NCBI GenBank assembly: GCA_938041035.1
Contig: CALHYX010000010.1
Location: 43,719 to 107,718 of the forward strand
DNA from: an uncultured Acidimicrobiales bacterium
GTDB lineage: Bacteria; Actinomycetota; Acidimicrobiia; Acidimicrobiales; SHLQ01
Reading direction: 5' to 3'
DNA: 64,000 nucleotides
Shown here one piece after another: positions 1-9,196 of this stretch (the first letter of the stretch is position 1; every line of letters begins with the position of its first letter). The translations under genes and the position numbers were made by a program. The notes under the pieces were generated by a model. That model ran no database searches. It was given only the letters and a program-made list of their open reading frames with translations, and was not told the DNA's origin.

Positions 1-1235
1 TTCACGAAGGACAGATCCCAGTACGGACAGGTGGCGCCGCTGAGGTGGCCGTAGACGGCGGTGATCTGCTCGGGCGTCCATCCAAAGCCTCGAGCCGACG
101 CGAAGTAGCGGGTGAGCAGGCCGCAGTCGCTGATGCCGGGTTGGGTGGTGAGCCAGTCGGCGAACGGCAACGGGGCATAGATCGCGTCGAGCAGGCCGGG
201 GTAGTTCTGGGCGATGAGGAACTGCTGGATCGCACCGCCGGAACCGCCGGACCCGATCGTCAGATCGGGGGCACCGTAGCCCTCGATGAAGCGCTCCTTG
301 ACCATCATCGTGGTTTCGGCGGCGACGACATCGTTGCAGTGGGTCTGGAACGTGGTCATGGTCGAGGTGGCCAAGGCGTAACCCTGGCGCAGCAGCTCAA
401 CATCGACCGGACCACCCAGCGCCGCAGGGGTGAACCCGGCGGTGGTGAGCCCCTGACTGTAGGTCGCGCCGCATCCTCCGCTGTAGCGAAACACGAGGCG
501 GCCATTCCAGGCCGACCCGGCCCAGGGTTCGATCGTCGGCCCGAGCACCGGTTGATCGTCGAGGATGTGGATCCAGTAGATGCCCCGGTTGATCGTGCCG
601 ACCTCGTTGCGGATCACCGCGGGTACGGGTTGACCGTCGACGGTGATGGTGGCGATGTCGTCGATCTCTTCGATGGGGCGGTCGAGCGACGCGAGCCCGC
701 CTTCGGTGTTGAGGTAGGTCCAGAAGGTCTGCGTGGGAGCGCTGCAGTCGGTGTCGACCGCGCCGCCGAGCCCGTACAACGCCGTCGAGCACACGAGCGG
801 ATCGGTCTGGGGACCGGAGAACACCGGCCCGCGCCTCGGGTAGTTGACGAGGCTTTCGACGAACGTGGCCTCGTTGGAGGTGACGGCCAAGGCGTTGTTG
901 CCGAGCCCGAGCCCGGTGACCACACCTTCGAGCTCACCGCCGTCGATGACCGAGAACGCCGCGGTGACATCCTCGCCGTTGAGTTCGACGGTGGCGTCGG
1001 AGCGGGCGCCGGAGATGCGGATGCGGGCGTCGCCTCCGGTGATGCGGGTGGGGTCGCTCGAGACGACGTCGATCGTGACCTCGTCGATGTCGCCGGTCCG
1101 GGGCGCCTCGGTCGACGACGGGGGAACGACGGTCGGGGGGGTGGCTTCGTTGAGCGGGACCGGCGCGTCGGTGACACACGCGGCCGCCAGCAGGGACAGC
1201 ACGCACAAGAGCGCGGGGATTCGCCGGGCGTTCAT
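1..1235 (-). CDS. secreted lipoprotein, truncated by window edge (start at 1235, gene runs past position 1); possible hydrolase
   Basis: ATG at 1235-1233 gives MNARRIPALLCVLSLLAAAC, a signal peptide plus lipobox (LAAC). I hand-translated from 1235 down to about 900 and spot-checked a stretch near 440-480, which reads GGCGATYSQGLTT; no stops were seen. The ORF is not in the supplied track because it has no stop inside the window. Confidence 0.5.
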   Translation of the reverse strand, partial: MNARRIPALLCVLSLLAAACVTDAPVPLNEATPPTVVPPSSTEAPRTGDIDEVTIDVVSSDPTRITGGDARIRISGARSDATVELNGEDVTAAFSVIDGGELEGVVTGLGLGNNALAVTSNEATFVESLVNYPRRGPVFSGPQTDPLVCSTALYGLGGAVDTDCSAPTQTFWTYLNTEGGLASLDRPIEEIDDIATITVDGQPVPAVIRNEVGTINRGIYWIHILDDQPVLGPTIEPWAGSAWNGRLVFRYSGGCGATYSQGLTTAGFTPAALGGPVDVELLRQGYALATSTMTTFQTHCNDVVAAETTMMVKERFIEGYGAPDLTIGSGGSGGAIQQFLIAQNYPGLLDAIYAPLPFADWLTTQPGISDCGLLTRYFASARGFGWTPEQITAVYGHLSGATCPYWDLSFV

Positions 1236-1287
1236 CACCGCTGGAGGCTAGTGGTCGCCGCCCCGGGCGGGGGCCCGGGGGAGGGGA

Positions 1288-1704
1288 TCACCCGCGAAAG
1301 CCCTTGGAGATGTGTTCGATCCACCACGCCGGAGCCTGGTCCAACAGGTTCCCGAGGTGCGAATAGTCGTGCCAGCGCACGATCGACCCATCCTCGACCT
1401 CCATCACCGACGTGAACGGATGCTCGACGCGTTCGCCAGTATGAAATCGCCACTCCTCCATGTGCTCGGTGACGACGATGGAGCCCTCGGCCACCATGTG
1501 TTTGGGGTAGTGCAGGTAGTCCTCGAGGGGTTCGATGCCGAGTCGGAGCCGGGCGATGATCTCCTCGGGCCCGGTGGCGCCGGTCGCGTCGAGACCGACA
1601 TCGGTGTAATGCGCATGGGGGGCGAAGAAGGTCGCCATGGTGTCCCAGTCGCGCTGGAAGTGGGCGTCCCAGTACCGCTCTACGATCTGCCGGTTGTTCG
1701 CCAT
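1288..1704 (-). CDS. SnoaL-like / NTF2-fold protein (limonene-epoxide-hydrolase-like)
   Basis: The 138-aa product begins MANNRQIVERYWDAHFQRDWD, which is typical of SnoaL_2/NTF2-like small enzymes. It is compact, with no overlapping competitor in a coding-like frame. Confidence 0.65.
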   Translation of the reverse strand: MANNRQIVERYWDAHFQRDWDTMATFFAPHAHYTDVGLDATGATGPEEIIARLRLGIEPLEDYLHYPKHMVAEGSIVVTEHMEEWRFHTGERVEHPFTSVMEVEDGSIVRWHDYSHLGNLLDQAPAWWIEHISKGFRG

Positions 1705-1713
1705 GGGGATGTC

Positions 1714-2049
1714 CTACTTTTCCGGGTCGGTGGGATCGGTGGTCGTCGCGTCCTCGTCGGCGTCGGTGCCTATTTCGGTGCTGGTTTCGGCGTTCTCGAC
1801 CTCGGCGAGGTCGGCGTTGGCGTCGGCCTTGGCGGTGGTGGCATCGATCTTGGCGGCGATGTCGTCGAACGCGCTGCTCGAGTCGATTTCGTCCTGGATT
1901 GCGTCCATCTTCTGGTCCGGTGTCGCCTTGAGGTCACGCTCCCGAGCGGCGAGGTCGAGCCCCACGCGCTCTTTGACACCGTCCATGACGTCGCTGGCCT
2001 CGGCCGACTCCTTGGAGAACCAGCCCTTCATCTGATCGAGGAAACCCAT
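1714..2049 (-). CDS. small acidic protein, Rv0909/MT0933-type antitoxin-family-like
   Basis: 111 aa with an N-terminal MGFLDQMKGW motif resembling the MGFLDKAKD start of the mycobacterial Rv0909 family. The C-terminus is D/E/T-rich and low-complexity. Confidence 0.45.
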   Translation of the reverse strand: MGFLDQMKGWFSKESAEASDVMDGVKERVGLDLAARERDLKATPDQKMDAIQDEIDSSSAFDDIAAKIDATTAKADANADLAEVENAETSTEIGTDADEDATTTDPTDPEK

Positions 2050-2146
2050 GCGGCGACGCTAGCTCGTCGCCCCGTTCGCGGCCATGGCGTCGTCGCTCGC
2101 CGCGACCCGTTGACGGACGGGACGGGGCGGGGAACCGGAGGTTAGG

Positions 2147-3226
2147 GTGACGCACAGCGATGGCCGGGAACCCGTTCCGGGCCGAAGAGGGGAGCCCTAC
2201 ATGGCCGAGATCACGGTGCTGAGCGAATCGGTGGTAACGGTGCCCGCGACGATCGACGACGGTTCGGTGGTGATTGCCCCGGAACATCTCATCGATGCGG
2301 TCGGGTACGAACGAAAGCCGGAGGGGTTGTGTCGAGAGGACGTATGCGTCCTGGTGTCGGCGGATTCCGGGGTTGATGTCGACGGTGGCATCGACCTGAT
2401 CGCCGCCGCCGCGGCACTCGGGCGCCGCAGCCGGGTCAACGCCGAGGCTGGGGTTGTCGCCGTGGCGTTGCCGGCCGACCAGCGCCGCCAGGCCCTGCGG
2501 GACCGAGTCGCCCCCAACTTCGCGCTGCCGGATCTGCAGGGCGAGCTGCATTCGCTCGAACAGTGGCGGGGCAAGAAGAAGCTGCTCGTCGCCTTCGCGA
2601 GTTGGTGAGGTTGCATCTTTGACCTGCCCGGGTGGCAGGAACTCCACGAAGAACTGGCCGATGAGAACTTCACCGTCATCGCCGTCGCCCTCGATGAGGA
2701 TCCCGCCGCAGTCGAGCCCGCGGTGGATGGCATCACCTACCCGGTGTTGATCGACCGCGACCATCTCCTGACCGAGTTGTACGCCATCTCGAACGTCCCC
2801 ACCGTGTTGTGGATCGACGAGGAGAATCAGATCGTGCGGCCGAACATGCCCGCGGTGGGTACCGACACGTTCGTGGAGTTCTCCGGCGTGAGCCGAGGAC
2901 CGCACATGGACGCATTGCGCGCCTGGGTGCGCGAGGGCGTGGTGCCCGAGAGCGCCGCGGAGGTCGAGGTGGACGACCTCGACGACGCCGAGGTCGATGC
3001 CCGGCTCGAGTATCGGTTGGCGCTGCACCTGATGCGGGCGGGCGATGAAGAGTCGGCCCGGGCGCACTTCGATGCGGCGGGCGAGCTTGCACCCCACGAC
3101 TTCACCATTCGCCGGGCGGCGATGCCGCTAACCGGACGCGATCCGTTCGGGGAGAACTTCTTTACGTTGTGGGAGGAGTACAAGGCCGCCGGCAGCCCGT
3201 ATCACGGAGGCGTAGCCGACAAGTGA
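2147..3226 (+). CDS. thioredoxin-like TlpA/redoxin-family protein with in-frame TGA (2606-2608) at active-site position; selenoprotein candidate or pseudogene
   Basis: ORFs 2147..2608 and 2723..3226 are in the same frame with only one stop between them. The read-through product aligns continuously to the redoxin fold: ...FALPDLQGELHSLEQWRGKKKLLVAFASW-[TGA]-GCIFDLPGWQELHEELADENFTVIAVALDED...GITYPVLIDRDH...NVPTVLWIDEENQIVR. The TGA sits where the first catalytic Cys of the WCxxC motif is expected. The true start may be ATG 2201 (MAEITVL). Confidence 0.5.
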
Positions 3227-3282
3227 GTACGGAGGCGTAGCCGACAAGTAGGGACGGAGGCGTAGCCGACAAGTAGGCCCAG
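3207..3282. repeat. 24-bp direct tandem repeat x3 (acggaggcgtagccgacaagtRRg)
   Basis: The first unit encodes the last codons of the redoxin gene (GGVADK-stop). Two further near-identical copies follow in the convergent intergenic gap before the surE stop. Confidence 0.8.
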
Positions 3283-3286
3283 GCGG

Positions 3287-4135
3287 CTAGGCGAAGTGGG
3301 CGTCGAGGGCGGCCACGACATCGGCGTCGGTGCTCGCGGTCACGTCGTCGAGACGACTGAGCCAGGTGAGCGCCGCGAAGCCGTGCATGACCGCGCCGCC
3401 GTCGCTCTCGGGTGGCAGCTCTCGGGCTTCGCCCCAGTTCATCTTCACTTCGAAGGCACCCTCGTGTCCGGCTTTCGGTACGACCTCGATGCCGCCCATC
3501 TTGCGCGGCGGTTCGCTGCCGACGGGGCAGCGTTTCCATCCCTTGACCTCGTCGATTTCGACGTTGGGAACGTTGATGTTCAACACCTGGGCGTCGGCCG
3601 GGAGGTCGGCGACGAGCGCGCCGACGGCCACGGCGGCCAGGTCGGCGGCGGTATCCCAGTGTTGGTTGTCGAGGACGGGCCCCCAGCCCTGACCCTCGAC
3701 CCCCCATTGATCGACGGCCTGACTGACCGCGACCCCGCTGATGAGGCCATTGCGGGCGGTGAGGGCGGCGCCGACGGTTCCCGAGTGGTAGACCGAGCGA
3801 CCGACGTTGAGGCCCGGATTGATGCCGGAGACGACGAGGTCGATCGGGCCGCCATAGGCGCCGAGACGGCCGAACATCACGCACAGGGCGGGCGGCCCGG
3901 CGATCGCCCATGCCTCGTCGATGCCGTCGATATGGGCGGTGTGGAGTTCGGGCGCCATGTTTATGAGAGATCCGAGCGATGCGCCGCTGCCGGAGTATTC
4001 CGAGTCGGGGGCGGCGACGATGACCTCGCCGTGGGGTCGCATGGCCCGGGCGAGCACGTGCAGGCCCACCGAATCGATGCCGTCGTCGTTGGTTACCAGG
4101 ATGCGCATGGCGGTCACCGTAACCGCCTCGCTCAC
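3287..4135 (-). CDS. surE: 5'/3'-nucleotidase SurE
   Basis: Contains the canonical SurE N-terminus MRILVTNDDGIDSVGL and a DD-rich metal site. The real start may be ATG 4108 (MRILV) rather than GTG 4135. Confidence 0.85.
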   Translation of the reverse strand: MSEAVTVTAMRILVTNDDGIDSVGLHVLARAMRPHGEVIVAAPDSEYSGSGASLGSLINMAPELHTAHIDGIDEAWAIAGPPALCVMFGRLGAYGGPIDLVVSGINPGLNVGRSVYHSGTVGAALTARNGLISGVAVSQAVDQWGVEGQGWGPVLDNQHWDTAADLAAVAVGALVADLPADAQVLNINVPNVEIDEVKGWKRCPVGSEPPRKMGGIEVVPKAGHEGAFEVKMNWGEARELPPESDGGAVMHGFAALTWLSRLDDVTASTDADVVAALDAHFA

Positions 4136-4185
4136 CGATGCTCATCTGGTGGGCGTCGTCAGGCCACCGCGGCCATCATGGACCC

Positions 4186-4905
4186 ATGCCCACCGATTCC
4201 GCCCAGTACCAACTTCTCGGCGTGGACGTCGCTGACGATCCCGAAGCCTGGTCGGCTGCCGGGTTTGTCGTCGCCGATGCCCGGGTGCGCATCGGTTCGA
4301 CTGCGATCGTGCTGAACGGCGCTCACGGTCGCGACGCCCGGGCCCGCGGCATCACCGGCGTCCACATCGCCGGTCTGGCGGAATCGGCTGACCTCGATGG
4401 GCTCGCGCTCGTCGATCCCCACCGGGTCGACGGTGCCAATGATGGTGACGATGAGGTTGCCGGTCACCTACCCGAGCCCGCCGATCATCCGAACGGGATC
4501 AACGCGATCGATCACCTGGTGGTCATGACGCCCGACTGCGACCGAACCACCGCGGCGTTCGAGGCGGCCGGGTTGGAGGCTCGACGCAGCCGTCGGTTCC
4601 CGACCGGCGATCGCACCACGCGCCAGACCTTTTTCTGGCTCGGCGACGTCATTCTTGAGTTGGTGGGTGACGACGAGGCGCACGGTGAGGGCGAGCCGCA
4701 GCTGTGGGGACTGGCGTTGACCGCCCCCGACCTCGACGCCACCGTGGACCATCTCGGCGACCGCACCAGTCCGGCGAAGGATGCCGTGCAACGTGGCCGG
4801 CAGATCTCGACCATCGATGGCCGGGCCCTCGGCATCTCGGTCCCGATCGCGGTGATGTCTCCCCACCAGCGCGGGGCACCCGCCGCACCGGATTCCGGGG
4901 CGTAG
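4186..4905 (+). CDS. VOC/glyoxalase-like domain protein
   Basis: The glyoxalase-like motifs HLVVMTPDCDRTTAAFEAAGLE and TFFWLGDVILELV are present. The ATG at 4186 (MPTDSAQ) is preferred over the upstream frame start. Confidence 0.5.
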   Translation: MPTDSAQYQLLGVDVADDPEAWSAAGFVVADARVRIGSTAIVLNGAHGRDARARGITGVHIAGLAESADLDGLALVDPHRVDGANDGDDEVAGHLPEPADHPNGINAIDHLVVMTPDCDRTTAAFEAAGLEARRSRRFPTGDRTTRQTFFWLGDVILELVGDDEAHGEGEPQLWGLALTAPDLDATVDHLGDRTSPAKDAVQRGRQISTIDGRALGISVPIAVMSPHQRGAPAAPDSGA

Positions 4906-4993
4906 GTCGATCGCTCCGGCCCCGTATCCACCGCCGATTCATTTCCCGCATGGTGGGCAACCTCGGCGTCGGGCCAACTAGCATCGGAAGGCG

Positions 4994-6199
4994 ATGAGCG
5001 ACTTGCAGACGATTCTCGTTCAGGTGTCGGGACCGGACGGGCCGGGAATCTCCGCGGGCCTCCTGCGCGTACTCGACGAGGTCGGCGCCCATGTGCTCGA
5101 CATCGAGCAGGTGGTCATTCGTCGCCGCCTCACGCTCGGCATCCTCATCGCCGTCCCGCCGAACCAGGATTCGCTGAAGGAGCTCCTGTTGTACGGCTGG
5201 GAGCGGGGCCTCGACATCGACTTCGACGTGGTGGCCGACCTGCCCAGCGATCGTCCACCCGGCCACGTCGTGACCCTGCTCGGGCCCGAGCTCACCCCTG
5301 CCGAGCTGCTCGCCGCGACCGAGGCCATCGCGGCCGGCGACGGCAACATCGACCGGATTTATCGGCTGAGCAGGTACCCGGTGATGAGCTACGAACTCAC
5401 CGTGGTCGGTGGTGACCCGGCCGCGATCCGGGTAAACCTCCTCGAGGCCGCCATGCGGTATCCCGGCATGGATGTTGCCCTCCAACGCGAGGGCATCTCC
5501 CGTCGGGCGGCCCGCCTCGTCGTGCTCGACGTCGACTCGACGCTGATCCAGAACGAGGTGATCGACCTCCTGGCCGACGAAGCCGGGGTGGGCGCTGAGG
5601 TCGCGGCCATCACCGAAGCTGCCATGGCGGGTGACCTCGACTTCGAGGAGTCCCTGCGGGCCCGGGTGCGATTGCTCAACGGTCTCGACCGCGATGCCGT
5701 CGAGCGGGCGTGGTCGAACCTGACCCTGACCCCGGGCGCTCGAACGTTCGTGCGCACACTTCGCCAGCTCGGGTACACGACCGCAGTCGTGAGCGGCGGT
5801 TTCACCGTCTTCACCGACCGGCTGTGTGAGCAGCTGGGAATCACCTACTCGCGGGCCAACGAGCTCGAGTTCGTCGACGGAAAGCTGACGGGCGAACTCT
5901 GCGGACCGATCGTCGATCGGGAAATGAAGGCCAGGTTCCTGGTCGAGCTGACCGAGTTGGAGGACATCACCGTCGAGCAGGTCGTGGCCGTCGGCGACGG
6001 CGCCAACGATCTCGACATGTTGAACCTGGCCGGGCACGGTATTGCCTTCAACGCCAAACCGATCGTGCGGGAGGCGGCCGACACCGCAATCCGGGTTCCC
6101 TACCTCGACGCGGTCCTGTTTCTGCTCGGGGTGCGGCGCGCCGAGATCGAGGCCGCGGCTGACGAGGATCCGAACCTGCCGCCCCCGATCGGGGGGTAG
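4994..6199 (+). CDS. serB: phosphoserine phosphatase SerB with N-terminal ACT domains
   Basis: HAD motif I LVVLDVDSTLIQ, the GDGANDL motif, and the N-terminal tandem ACT region (MSDLQTILVQVSGPDGPGI) are present, as in the actinobacterial SerB2 type. Confidence 0.85.
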   Translation: MSDLQTILVQVSGPDGPGISAGLLRVLDEVGAHVLDIEQVVIRRRLTLGILIAVPPNQDSLKELLLYGWERGLDIDFDVVADLPSDRPPGHVVTLLGPELTPAELLAATEAIAAGDGNIDRIYRLSRYPVMSYELTVVGGDPAAIRVNLLEAAMRYPGMDVALQREGISRRAARLVVLDVDSTLIQNEVIDLLADEAGVGAEVAAITEAAMAGDLDFEESLRARVRLLNGLDRDAVERAWSNLTLTPGARTFVRTLRQLGYTTAVVSGGFTVFTDRLCEQLGITYSRANELEFVDGKLTGELCGPIVDREMKARFLVELTELEDITVEQVVAVGDGANDLDMLNLAGHGIAFNAKPIVREAADTAIRVPYLDAVLFLLGVRRAEIEAAADEDPNLPPPIGG

Positions 6200-6202
6200 T
6201 CC

Positions 6203-7048
6203 GTGGCGGACTGGCTCGATGAGCTGGAGGTGACCCCGGGGGGTCCTCCGGTGCATTACATGGGCGTTCGGGCGTTGCCCGAGGGGCACTTGCTGGTGGT
6301 CGACGACGCTCGTGACGCCGAACTCGACTTGAAGGAGCGACTGCTCGCGGCGCACCCCGACGAAATCGTGGCCATCTCACCCGATCCGGACCACCGCGTC
6401 GAGGAAGCGAGCCAGGAGTTGCTCGACGTTCTCGTGGCCGACCTCGCCACCAACCACGGCCTGGAGGTCACGGCCCGCACGGACCTCCATCCGTTGGATG
6501 CCGCCGGCCGGATCGTGCAGGAAGACCTCACGGTATTGCGGCCGGGACCCGACGGTTACGTCCTGGTGGGCGGAACGGTCTGCTTCCCCTCGGGCTGGTA
6601 CGTGCGGAAGAAGCTCGGTCACAACCTGGCCGTCATCCATGAACCGATCGAGCGTTATGGCGATGAGCTCGAGCGCAAGGTCGACCGGTTCTTCGATGCG
6701 CTCACCGTCGATCGTCCGATGTTTCGGCGCAACTGGTTCGTCTACGACAATCCGGACCGGTTCCAGCCCGCGGACCCGGTCTTGGTGGGCGCCGCCACCG
6801 ACGCTCGGCCGCTGTTTCTGCGCAGCGAGCGCGAGTGCATGTTCCGGTTGCCCCGGACCGACGCCGTGGTGTTCACGATCCGTACGCAGCAGATTTCGCT
6901 CGCCGAACTGCGGGGTCGGCCCGATGTCGCCGCCGGGCTGGCAACGTACTTTCGGGAAGGCCCGGATGTCGTGCACCGGTTGAAGGGTGTCGCCGACTTC
7001 CTCCCCGAGGTGTACCGCCAGCTCGACGCCCTGGTGACCGGTGGCTGA
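6203..7048 (+). CDS. DUF3445-like (heme-dependent oxidative N-demethylase alpha-subunit-like) hypothetical protein
   Basis: The 281-aa product shows the conserved pattern QEDLTVL...GGTVCFPSGW...IHEPIERY seen in the DUF3445 family. Confidence 0.45.
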   Translation: MADWLDELEVTPGGPPVHYMGVRALPEGHLLVVDDARDAELDLKERLLAAHPDEIVAISPDPDHRVEEASQELLDVLVADLATNHGLEVTARTDLHPLDAAGRIVQEDLTVLRPGPDGYVLVGGTVCFPSGWYVRKKLGHNLAVIHEPIERYGDELERKVDRFFDALTVDRPMFRRNWFVYDNPDRFQPADPVLVGAATDARPLFLRSERECMFRLPRTDAVVFTIRTQQISLAELRGRPDVAAGLATYFREGPDVVHRLKGVADFLPEVYRQLDALVTGG

Positions 7049-7123
7049 GCGCCGCTCACGCTGCCGGTGGGGGTGCCTGCAGTAGAGAAATCCGTGCGGC
7101 AGAGAAATCCCTGCGGTAGAGGG

Positions 7124-8308
7124 TCAGTGCAGCCGGGAGATGAGGTCGCCGCGCGAGCCGATTTCGAGGCCGCTGACCCCCACGAATTCGGCGAGTCGGT
7201 CGAGTTCGGCGCGCACCTCGGTAGCGACCTCGGCGGCGTCGATACCGGGTTCGCCATAGGCGCCGATCACGCGAAGAACGCCCGCGGCGCGGTCGGTCTT
7301 GAGATCGACGCGAGCCACCAGGTTTTCGCCCAGGAGGAACGGGAGTACGTAGTAGCCGTACCGGCGCTTGGCCTTGGGTACATAGATTTCGATGCGGTAC
7401 TCGAAGTTGAACAGCGCTTCGGCCCGCGGGCGGTTCCATACGACCGGGTCGAAGGGCGACAGGAGCGCCCGGGCCTTGACCCAGCGCGGGACTTTGGCGT
7501 CGGGACGCATGTAGCCGATGCGCTTCCAGCCTTCGATGTCGACCTCGATGAGTTGACCGTCCTCGACGAGCTCGGCGAGGCGGGCTTTCGCCGGTCTTTT
7601 CGGCAGCCGATAGTAGTCGACGAGGCATTCGGCGCTGCCCACCCCATGGGCCGTCGCCGAGCGTAGGAGAAGCTCTCGGTGCGCATCCTCTTCGGTCGGC
7701 GTGGGCTGATCGATGATCTCGGCGGGGATGATCCGATCGAGAAGGTCGAACTGCTTCTCGAATCCGGCGGTCCGGCGGATGCCGACCTCACCGATGCGAA
7801 ACAACCAATCGAGCGCCATTTGGCCGACGGATCGGCTGCCCCACCATTCACCGGAGCGAGGGCGGGGGTCGTCGAGTTCGTGGGCGTACATCGGACCGCG
7901 CTCGCGCACCTGCGCGAGCACGGAGGCGATGTAGGCGGGATCCTCACGGGCGAGGGTGACGTATCCCTTCCAGGTCTCGCCTGCTGCACTTCGCGCTCTT
8001 GCCCAGCGCAGCAGCGGTTCGTCGGCAACCGGCAGCAGCGATGCCTCGTGGGTCCACGCCTCGAACCACTCGTCGTCGCGGTAGGCGATCCGATCGAGCA
8101 GGTCGGGGTCGTACGGCCCGAGCCGGGAGAAGCCGGGCATGTACTGCGTACGGATGATGACCGGCACCGAATCGAGTTGCAGCAGGTTCAACCGCTTCAT
8201 CACCCGGCGCAGATGCCGGCGGTCGACCCGGCCCTTCGGCACCGCGTCGTTGAACCCCTGGGCGTTCAGGGCGAGTCGACGGGCCTGGGACTGTGTGAGC
8301 GACTCCAT
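7124..8308 (-). CDS. winged-helix DNA-binding protein, YcaQ/AlkZ-like (DUF1006) DNA glycosylase family
   Basis: The sequence from MESLTQSQARRLALNAQGF onward is the typical YcaQ-family N-terminus. The upstream 28 aa of the track ORF are probably not translated. Confidence 0.6.
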   Translation of the reverse strand: MESLTQSQARRLALNAQGFNDAVPKGRVDRRHLRRVMKRLNLLQLDSVPVIIRTQYMPGFSRLGPYDPDLLDRIAYRDDEWFEAWTHEASLLPVADEPLLRWARARSAAGETWKGYVTLAREDPAYIASVLAQVRERGPMYAHELDDPRPRSGEWWGSRSVGQMALDWLFRIGEVGIRRTAGFEKQFDLLDRIIPAEIIDQPTPTEEDAHRELLLRSATAHGVGSAECLVDYYRLPKRPAKARLAELVEDGQLIEVDIEGWKRIGYMRPDAKVPRWVKARALLSPFDPVVWNRPRAEALFNFEYRIEIYVPKAKRRYGYYVLPFLLGENLVARVDLKTDRAAGVLRVIGAYGEPGIDAAEVATEVRAELDRLAEFVGVSGLEIGSRGDLISRLH

Positions 8309-8391
8309 CGCGTCACCGTAGACGCGGTGGATGGTCGAACCGATGTGTGGTTGCCTCGACGGTACGGGGAACGCGATCGAGGGGAACGACA

Positions 8392-9177
8392 ATGACTGAC
8401 TCGGCGTCGAGTGACCGCTACGGCACCGCTGACGAGGAGGTCGACATCGAGCGGGTGCGGCTCGAGATGCTGGCGGCAGCCCGAGACCCGCGCACCATCG
8501 GCGTACTCGAGCGGCTCGACCTGCCCGCCGAGGCCCGGTGCTGGGAGATCGGCGCCGGTTCCGGGTCGGTGTCGACTTGGTTGGCCGGGCGGGTGGCGAC
8601 GGTGTTGTCCACCGACATCGACTTACAGTTCCACGCCGATATGCCGGCCAACGTCACCGTGCTGCGCCACGACGTCGAGAACGACGATCTGCCCGACGAG
8701 CGGTTCGACCTCATCCACGCCCGGGCCGTCATGCAGCACCTCCCCGAGCGCGAGTCCGTCATCGCGGCGTTGGTCTCACGGCTCGCACCGAAGGGGTGGT
8801 TGGTGCTCGAGGACAGTTCGTTCCTCGGGTTCGCTCAGCAGTCGGTGCCGGCCGCCTACGCCCCGATCCACGCGATTGTGAGCGCTGGGTCCCAGGAGGA
8901 GTGGCGCGACCCCGACTTCGGGCTTCAGTTGCTCGATCGGCTTCGGAACGCGGGCCTCACCGACCTCGACGTCGACGGCGACCTGTGGGCGATGCGGCCG
9001 GGTGAGCCCGGGGGTGAATGGTGGTTCCTGGCGCTCGAACGGGCGATTCCCCGTCTGGTCGAGTTCGGGTTGATCGATGCCGCCCAGGGTGAGCAGGCCA
9101 TGGCGGAGGTACGGGCGCCGGGATTCGTGATGTTGAGCCCGGTATCGATCGCGGCCTGGGGACGTCGAGCCGGCTGA
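8392..9177 (+). CDS. class I SAM-dependent methyltransferase
   Basis: Motif I EIGAGSGSVSTWLA and the acidic motif II are present. ATG 8392 has a GAGGGG ribosome-binding site 8 nt upstream. Confidence 0.65.
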   Translation: MTDSASSDRYGTADEEVDIERVRLEMLAAARDPRTIGVLERLDLPAEARCWEIGAGSGSVSTWLAGRVATVLSTDIDLQFHADMPANVTVLRHDVENDDLPDERFDLIHARAVMQHLPERESVIAALVSRLAPKGWLVLEDSSFLGFAQQSVPAAYAPIHAIVSAGSQEEWRDPDFGLQLLDRLRNAGLTDLDVDGDLWAMRPGEPGGEWWFLALERAIPRLVEFGLIDAAQGEQAMAEVRAPGFVMLSPVSIAAWGRRAG

Positions 9178-9196
9178 TCGCCCGGCGTTGGCGCGA

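Noticed and set aside
45-1415. 456-aa + strand ORF and the other long ORFs antisense to called genes (12124..13551+, 13582..15390-, 16229..17665-, 20484..22184-, 32196..33545-, 32852..34387-, 35332..36726-, 37750..39213-, 53885..54718+, 59562..60524-)
   Set aside because: They lie opposite or offset to ORFs with clear homology, and their products are Arg/Gly/Pro-rich low-complexity sequence typical of non-coding frames in about 70% GC DNA.
2454-2750. +1 frame ORF spanning the TGA region as an alternative frameshift explanation for the split redoxin gene
   Set aside because: The +1 frame product (VGEVASLTCPGGRNSTKNWPM...) has no redoxin similarity. The 0-frame continuation after the TGA aligns well, so a point nonsense or Sec codon is more likely than a frameshift.
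4138-4185. Upstream extension of the VOC-family ORF, and similarly upstream extensions of ORFs at 7124..8392, 9902..10951, 15213..16433, 16226..17830, 17122..18321, 49825..52257 and 59795..63355
   Set aside because: The extensions are His/Arg/Gly-rich, lack homology, and overlap neighbouring genes. Internal ATG/GTG starts with ribosome-binding sites or stop-start coupling fit better.
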